From a virus, in IMG/VR virus record IMGVR_UViG_3300045988_104774: a stretch of 44,063 bases of DNA; one strand, written 5' to 3'. The first letter of the stretch is position 1. Each line of letters starts with the position of its first letter. Position numbers and translations under genes: made by a program. Below, one piece after another: positions 38,807 to 44,063 of the stretch. The notes below the pieces were generated by a model that was given only the letters and a program-made list of their open reading frames with translations, was not told the DNA's origin and searched no databases.

Positions 38807-40577
38807 GAATCGTCACCTTCGCTTTTATCGCATTTCCGAAACTGTAGTCTACGCTTTCAATCACGCCGGTTTTTTTTCCATCATATCCAGTGTCAATTTC
38901 GACTCGCTGGCCGACCACTTTATCTTTCAGCAAAACGTCTCCAGCCACACTTTCAGCGCGCATATAGTACCGATAAATCCGGTCTATGGCCTGCTCTGCA
39001 TTTTGTGCATTTATAAGCGTAGCATCAGCAACCTCTTTAATGTTTTTGTTAAATACAATGTCTGGATTTTCCTTTAAAATCTGGCTTGTATTATGGATAT
39101 ATTTCTTACCAACTATAGTAACTTTTTCACCAGTACCGGATACCACCACATAGTTTGAACCGCTTTTTACTACGGTACCACCGGAAACAGAAAGATCATG
39201 GTAAGGCTCTGAAAAAACTATCTCAGCCATTCCAGAAAGTATCTCGTTATAAATTTCCTGCGATTCATCTGATGGCTGATATGTATGCGTTGTAAGCCTT
39301 ATTCCAGTCACTATATCAGAGCGTTCCAGGGTAACTCCGTCAAATGTATCTGATGCTGCAAAAGTTCCAGTTACATCGTCCTGCTGCGGATACATGGATA
39401 CGCCCTCTACGTTTGATGTATCCACTATGGCGCCTATCGCAAATGCAATCTGCACAAGCGCATTCCTCTTTGTGGTATACGGTATGTATCCGTACAGTGC
39501 CTGTTCTGACAAGGACGGATCTATGGCGCAAGTAAAGTCCTCTCCAGAAAAAATATCAGCAACTACATCTTTTACCAGTTCTCCAGAATATATCCCGCCA
39601 ACATACTCGTTTCCGTCAAGGACACCCAGCGCATCGTGCGCATCCAGGTAATAATCAAAAACATTTTTCCTCGCTCCATTTTTGAGGTAAAAGTTTCCAA
39701 TCAGGTCATTATCAAAAAAAACCGCCAATTTCTGCTTTTTCTGGAGATCGAACGGGATATTGCTTTTGGTGCGCACTGTAAAAGAAAGGGTATTTATGCT
39801 TATATTCTCAGATATTGCATTGATCTCTTGTATACAATCAGTAGTAACCAGCTCATCGGACAAGAAGTCTCTGTAGATTCCGTAATCTATTCGGGTGAGA
39901 AACACCGGCCTGTACGGCTTTGAAGTCTTTTTAAATGTAATTGCAATCATATTATAGTTCTGAACATAGTTATTGCAAAAATATCGGCTACTGTCCGGTG
40001 CAAAATCCTTAGATGAAAGCAAATGACCGTCCTCGTACCATTTGATATTTAACCCGGTTGCATAATCTCCAGAGAGAAGATTGAACGTAAGCAGAATACC
40101 TACACTAGAGAACTTGCCGTTAAATGTTATGGTAAGGATCGGCTGATTCATCATTATATCCCGTCCACCAGACGGATAAAGGAATACACGTGGATAAAGG
40201 CCAATTTGTGGCATAAGGCCAGAAGTTTTTGCAGAGTAACCGAAGATACCATTTTCATTTGACCATTCATCACTGATGTATCCATAATCTTCGTGATTTT
40301 CTGGGATATTTATGTACTGTCCGTTTAAAAGGGAAAATCCCGGATAGCAAAGCGCGTATCCGGGATAAGTCAGATCATCCCGCCGGAGATCCGGGAACTC
40401 TCTTCTTGTAGTTGTTGTGCCTGGGTATAGACCGAACTTTGGGTATAACCCTTTATGCGGGCGCAAACCAGTATCCATAATTTTAGGAAAACTATTATCT
40501 TTTGCGTATGGTGCCACATCGTCATAAACTATTTTCAGTCCGGACCCGGCTGTTTTTGATCTCACTTTTTCTTTCAT
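38799..40577 (-). CDS. tail-associated (Tal-like) protein
   Basis: 592 aa, second gene after the tape measure. Confidence 0.5.
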   Translation of the reverse strand: MKEKVRSKTAGSGLKIVYDDVAPYAKDNSFPKIMDTGLRPHKGLYPKFGLYPGTTTTRREFPDLRRDDLTYPGYALCYPGFSLLNGQYINIPENHEDYGYISDEWSNENGIFGYSAKTSGLMPQIGLYPRVFLYPSGGRDIMMNQPILTITFNGKFSSVGILLTFNLLSGDYATGLNIKWYEDGHLLSSKDFAPDSSRYFCNNYVQNYNMIAITFKKTSKPYRPVFLTRIDYGIYRDFLSDELVTTDCIQEINAISENISINTLSFTVRTKSNIPFDLQKKQKLAVFFDNDLIGNFYLKNGARKNVFDYYLDAHDALGVLDGNEYVGGIYSGELVKDVVADIFSGEDFTCAIDPSLSEQALYGYIPYTTKRNALVQIAFAIGAIVDTSNVEGVSMYPQQDDVTGTFAASDTFDGVTLERSDIVTGIRLTTHTYQPSDESQEIYNEILSGMAEIVFSEPYHDLSVSGGTVVKSGSNYVVVSGTGEKVTIVGKKYIHNTSQILKENPDIVFNKNIKEVADATLINAQNAEQAIDRIYRYYMRAESVAGDVLLKDKVVGQRVEIDTGYDGKKTGVIESVDYSFGNAIKAKVTIHE

Positions 40578-40581
40578 ATTG

Positions 40582-40980
40582 TCATGTCCTCTGCGGCTCC
40601 ATTGCTATAAAGTCAATAGATAATCCGCTCCATTTATTTATGTCGTTCCCGTCTTTGTCCTTTTCTTTTTTTAGCTTGTCTTTACCGTTTGTGACGTAGG
40701 CTTCAAATTCAAGCGTTTCCTGACCGTAAGGAAAAGACATCGTGTGGGACTCAACCGGAGCCGAAATTATATCATAAAACGTATCATAATCTGCCCGGTT
40801 ACTTTTATCCGGGTCTACAGCAAGCGTGTAGTTATAGAATGTACCTATAATGTCCCTGTACATCCTACGGGATTGCACTCTTCCGGAATTGTCGCTGTCT
40901 GTAACAGCAAAGCTGCGTTCCAGGTCTGTAACCTGGATGCGCAGTTCTAAGCCATCAATAGTAAAAACACCGTTTATCAT
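40582..40980 (-). CDS. distal tail protein candidate
   Basis: 132 aa, overlaps the tape-measure stop (ATGA). Confidence 0.45.
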   Translation of the reverse strand: MINGVFTIDGLELRIQVTDLERSFAVTDSDNSGRVQSRRMYRDIIGTFYNYTLAVDPDKSNRADYDTFYDIISAPVESHTMSFPYGQETLEFEAYVTNGKDKLKKEKDKDGNDINKWSGLSIDFIAMEPQRT

Positions 40981-43637
40981 ACTGTCACCATCCTTACGCC
41001 TACACGCTGTTTTTCTTCATTGTTTGCCTTGTACACGGCCTGTCCAAAGCGCCGACCGTCCACTTCCATGATAACCGTTATGTCCCGACTACCTCCGCTT
41101 TCTGCCAGAGCTTCTTTCAATGCCTGTTTCATCGTGCTTAACGGGGAAACAACTTCTGTCTCGCGCTTGTTATCACCAAGGATAGCCGCAAACTCACCAG
41201 CGCGCGGCGGTACTACAGTCCCAGTAGCAAGGCGTGGCATATTGTACGTTGCAGCCGCAGAAGCGTATTTTGCAGATCTTCCACCCCCAGCACTGCTGTA
41301 GACAGACTGCGTCTTCCGTTTGCCTGCATCAATCGCAATCGTTGCAGCTGCTATTCCTGCCGCAAGAGATGCTGCCACAACCGCCGCGCCTACGCCACCA
41401 GAAAGTGCACCAAGAGCAACAGCAAGAACACCAACCGCGGAAGCTGCTGCCAGAAGGCCGCTTATCATTCTTTCTGTCGGAGTCATTTTATCCCAGTTTC
41501 TTGCCAGTACTGCAACCAAACTTATTATTCCGCTTATGGATAACGCAACTGGGTCGATTGCATCAATCATTTTTAAAAACATAACAATAAGTTCACCTGA
41601 TTTAGCTATGATTTGTGATACTCCATTTAAAAACGCAAGAAATTTCCATGCGGCAAAAAACGCAAGGACAGCTACAGTTGCTGATTCTACAAGTGACTGA
41701 TTTTCAGAAATCCAATCAGAAAACTTAAGCAATGCATTAACCAGTTTTTTTAACGCTGCAATAATAACTTTGCCACTCCATTCACCAAACGGCTGTAAAA
41801 AAGTGTTCCAAAACCATTCAGCGGTAGGTGCCAATGTTTCGATAACCGAATATAAAAGATCGAGAGATGCTGCTATAAGTTCGAAAACCTCCGGTAATCC
41901 CTGCTCAAGACCCCATTTTGTTATTGGAAGCAAAACATTATTTAAAAACCATAAAAGCAAATTACCAATAGCCCGTACAACCGGATTCGCTGATACAAGC
42001 ACATTATCAAAAGATTCCAGGAGCGGGGAAAAATCTAAATTGGCTGACCAATCCTTAATGCTTTCAGACGCATCACGGAAGAATCCAGATAATGTAACAA
42101 GAATATCTCCAAGATGCCGCAGTATGTTCGTTCCGGTATCACCTGAAGCCCATGCTTTATCAAACTGCGTTATAAGGTTTGCAACAGTTTGTACCAAATT
42201 GGCAAACGTTATAAGCAAATTGTCCGTTATTGCCTTTCCGTAACCCTCCACATTCCAGACCTGCATGAACGATGCTCCAACATCTTTTGCAAGCTGTCTT
42301 GCGGATACAAACAGATTCGTGAGTGACTGCATCACTTCCGGCCCATTATCAAGCCACGATTCTTTCAGCGGAGCAAACAGGCCGGAGAATATCTTTTTCA
42401 CTTCATCAGCACGGGCCTTTATGTCGTTTGATACCTCTTCCGTGGTAAACATCTGATCTGGTGTAGGTCCGACATATCCGGTCTTGTCCTGATCTGATTT
42501 GTTCCCGGCCTGGATAAGCTCATCAAACGAATACGTCAGCTTTTTATTCGCCTTTTCCTGTGCCTCTATCTGCTTATTGCTCTCTTTTAAAGAAGCGCCG
42601 TAGTCTTCCTGTACCTTCGTTGCTTTGGTATATGTATCTTTTCCGGTAAGAGCCGCAAAAAACTGAGAAGTCCATGTAACTGCTTCTGAAAGCAATGAGA
42701 TGAATTCTACCAGTACAGGAGACGCATATTCTGCGACCGGAGAAAACGCAGTAGCAAATGAATTTTTCAGCTGCGTAAGTGACGAAAGCACATTCGATAT
42801 GGCCTTGTTTGTCTCTGGAGAATACTGAGCAAGGTTCTCCATTCCCTCACGGGCTGATCTAAATGCAAGAGATATAGTAGAACGCAAAAGCCGAAACATA
42901 ACCAAGCGCCGTACCACGCCACTCAATGCCTCTCCATACTTCTTGGTTGGTTTTTGACTCTTTTTCATCTGAATCCCAAGTTTTTTTGTTGAGTTTGTGG
43001 CTTTTTTGCTGGCACCGTCAATACCAAGGAGCCGTTTTTTATACTCCTCAAATTCGTTTTTCACTCGGTTATACGATATTCCTAGAGATTCATTCATCTG
43101 CTTGAGCTTTTTAGCTTCTGTTGCATACTTGTCGTACATCTGGGAAAACTTATCTGTATCTTTTCCAAGTGTAAAGGCTCCTCCAGAATCTTCCAGATCT
43201 TTCAATTCACCTTTTGCATATTTTAACGAGTTATTCAGCTGCCCTATGTCATACTGCATTTTTTTATAGGTGCTACTGTTGGTTCTGCCTCCAGTGTCCA
43301 AAAACTTTTGCTGACGTTCAAGCAGAGCTGTTAATTTCTGTTCTGTCTTTTCTATCTGATTCCGAACCTCAGCGTATGCCTGTGTAGGTATCTTCGTTTC
43401 TGCATACGCTTCCAATGCTTCATGTAGCTTTTCAACCTTCCGTTCCTGTGCGGCATACAGGCTATTCAGTTTCGCAAAAGCGGCGGCCTGCTTCTGGACT
43501 GCGATTTCTGATTTTTTCCCAAGATCATCAATCCCATTTGCCATTCTTCTTACGGCGGCTTCTACCTCTTCTGTTCCTGGCTTCATGCCCTTGGTGTTTA
43601 TCTCTGTGTCGATTACTATTGATCCATCTGCCGTCAA
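40977..43637 (-). CDS. tape measure protein
   Basis: 886 aa; coiled-coil N-part, hydrophobic and Gly/Ala-rich segments; follows the chaperone genes. Confidence 0.85.
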   Translation of the reverse strand: MTADGSIVIDTEINTKGMKPGTEEVEAAVRRMANGIDDLGKKSEIAVQKQAAAFAKLNSLYAAQERKVEKLHEALEAYAETKIPTQAYAEVRNQIEKTEQKLTALLERQQKFLDTGGRTNSSTYKKMQYDIGQLNNSLKYAKGELKDLEDSGGAFTLGKDTDKFSQMYDKYATEAKKLKQMNESLGISYNRVKNEFEEYKKRLLGIDGASKKATNSTKKLGIQMKKSQKPTKKYGEALSGVVRRLVMFRLLRSTISLAFRSAREGMENLAQYSPETNKAISNVLSSLTQLKNSFATAFSPVAEYASPVLVEFISLLSEAVTWTSQFFAALTGKDTYTKATKVQEDYGASLKESNKQIEAQEKANKKLTYSFDELIQAGNKSDQDKTGYVGPTPDQMFTTEEVSNDIKARADEVKKIFSGLFAPLKESWLDNGPEVMQSLTNLFVSARQLAKDVGASFMQVWNVEGYGKAITDNLLITFANLVQTVANLITQFDKAWASGDTGTNILRHLGDILVTLSGFFRDASESIKDWSANLDFSPLLESFDNVLVSANPVVRAIGNLLLWFLNNVLLPITKWGLEQGLPEVFELIAASLDLLYSVIETLAPTAEWFWNTFLQPFGEWSGKVIIAALKKLVNALLKFSDWISENQSLVESATVAVLAFFAAWKFLAFLNGVSQIIAKSGELIVMFLKMIDAIDPVALSISGIISLVAVLARNWDKMTPTERMISGLLAAASAVGVLAVALGALSGGVGAAVVAASLAAGIAAATIAIDAGKRKTQSVYSSAGGGRSAKYASAAATYNMPRLATGTVVPPRAGEFAAILGDNKRETEVVSPLSTMKQALKEALAESGGSRDITVIMEVDGRRFGQAVYKANNEEKQRVGVRMVTV

Positions 43638-43654
43638 TATATCACCGCCTTACG

Positions 43655-44063
43655 TTACGTGTCGAACAGAGCGTCCACAGCTTCTTGCTCAATGCGCCAC
43701 TGTTCTTTTTCTTCGTTGGACATTGCCTGTTTTAATTCCACCATAGACCTGTTGTTTTTAAAAAATTCTAATTCCCATTTCTCCAATTTCTCGCCCTTTG
43801 CCCGTTTTTGCCGAATTGCAAGAACCTGAGAAAATGTTCCATCTCCGATCTCGTCAAAGTACCCGATGAAGGTCCACCAGTGCATATATTGGTTCGGATC
43901 GCGAACCTCACGCCCAGATATCTTGTTAATTGCAGAAAAAACAATTGGTGCATCCTGTTCCCAATCCATAACACGCGGGCGCGGTATATTATCTGCCGGT
44001 TTCCCACAGTCCAGGAACCATAAAGCCTGTTCAACTGCTTCTGGAATATCATCTTCTGGAATA
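43655..44063 (-). CDS. C-terminal part of the Gp15-like tail chaperone gene (44009..44063 duplicates 1..55)
   Basis: Same frame as 1..222 across the junction; ..HWWTFIGYFDEIGDGTFSQVLAIRQKR.. Confidence 0.6.
   Translation of the reverse strand, partial: IPEDDIPEAVEQALWFLDCGKPADNIPRPRVMDWEQDAPIVFSAINKISGREVRDPNQYMHWWTFIGYFDEIGDGTFSQVLAIRQKRAKGEKLEKWELEFFKNNRSMVELKQAMSNEEKEQWRIEQEAVDALFDT
44009..44063. repeat. terminal direct repeat, copy 2
   Basis: Identical to 1..55. Confidence 0.95.

Overview
The window is one complete genome of a temperate, siphovirus-type dsDNA phage. The host is Gram-positive and probably Clostridia-like, judged from the CW_binding-type lysin repeats and strong AGGAGG ribosome-binding sites. 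The first 55 nt recur exactly at 44009..44063, so this is a circularised sequence of 44,008 unique bp, opened inside a tail-chaperone gene. About 90% of genes lie on the minus strand. Reading the minus strand downward from the genetic switch (31.1-31.3 kb), the order is as follows. (1) A Cro-like gene and many tiny early genes, including a protein built from ten 27-bp tandem repeats (31.1 to 27.6 kb). (2) Recombination and replication-associated genes: Rad52-like SSAP, NinB-like, PD-(D/E)XK resolvase, DnaD-like, and one HNH endonuclease (27.3 to 23.0 kb). (3) A PAPS-reductase-like gene and several regulators (22.6 to 19.1 kb). (4) A strong terminator, then the late operon: a TerS-TerL fusion terminase, portal, an NlpC/P60 lysin with cell-wall-binding repeats, and a MuF-like protein. 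(5) A 5.8-kb accessory island (13.2 to 7.4 kb) holding two more HNH endonucleases, an RHH gene, a sigma-region-4-like gene, Cys-rich, Q-rich and membrane proteins, a self-contained moron, a putative structured ncRNA and a tRNA(CAU). (6) Scaffold, capsid, and neck genes interrupted by a DUF4406 / holin-like / DUF4417 cassette. (7) Tail tube and chaperones, the circular junction, then tape measure, distal-tail and fibre genes (43.6 to 35.9 kb). The plus-strand lysogeny module (31.3-34.9 kb) encodes an ImmR-like repressor, an ImmA-like protease, two membrane proteins and a tyrosine integrase. It is followed by an attP that carries the 3' end of a tRNA. No CRISPR array, reverse transcriptase, DNA polymerase or helicase was seen. 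All functional names come from my own reading of motifs and synteny; no database search was run.
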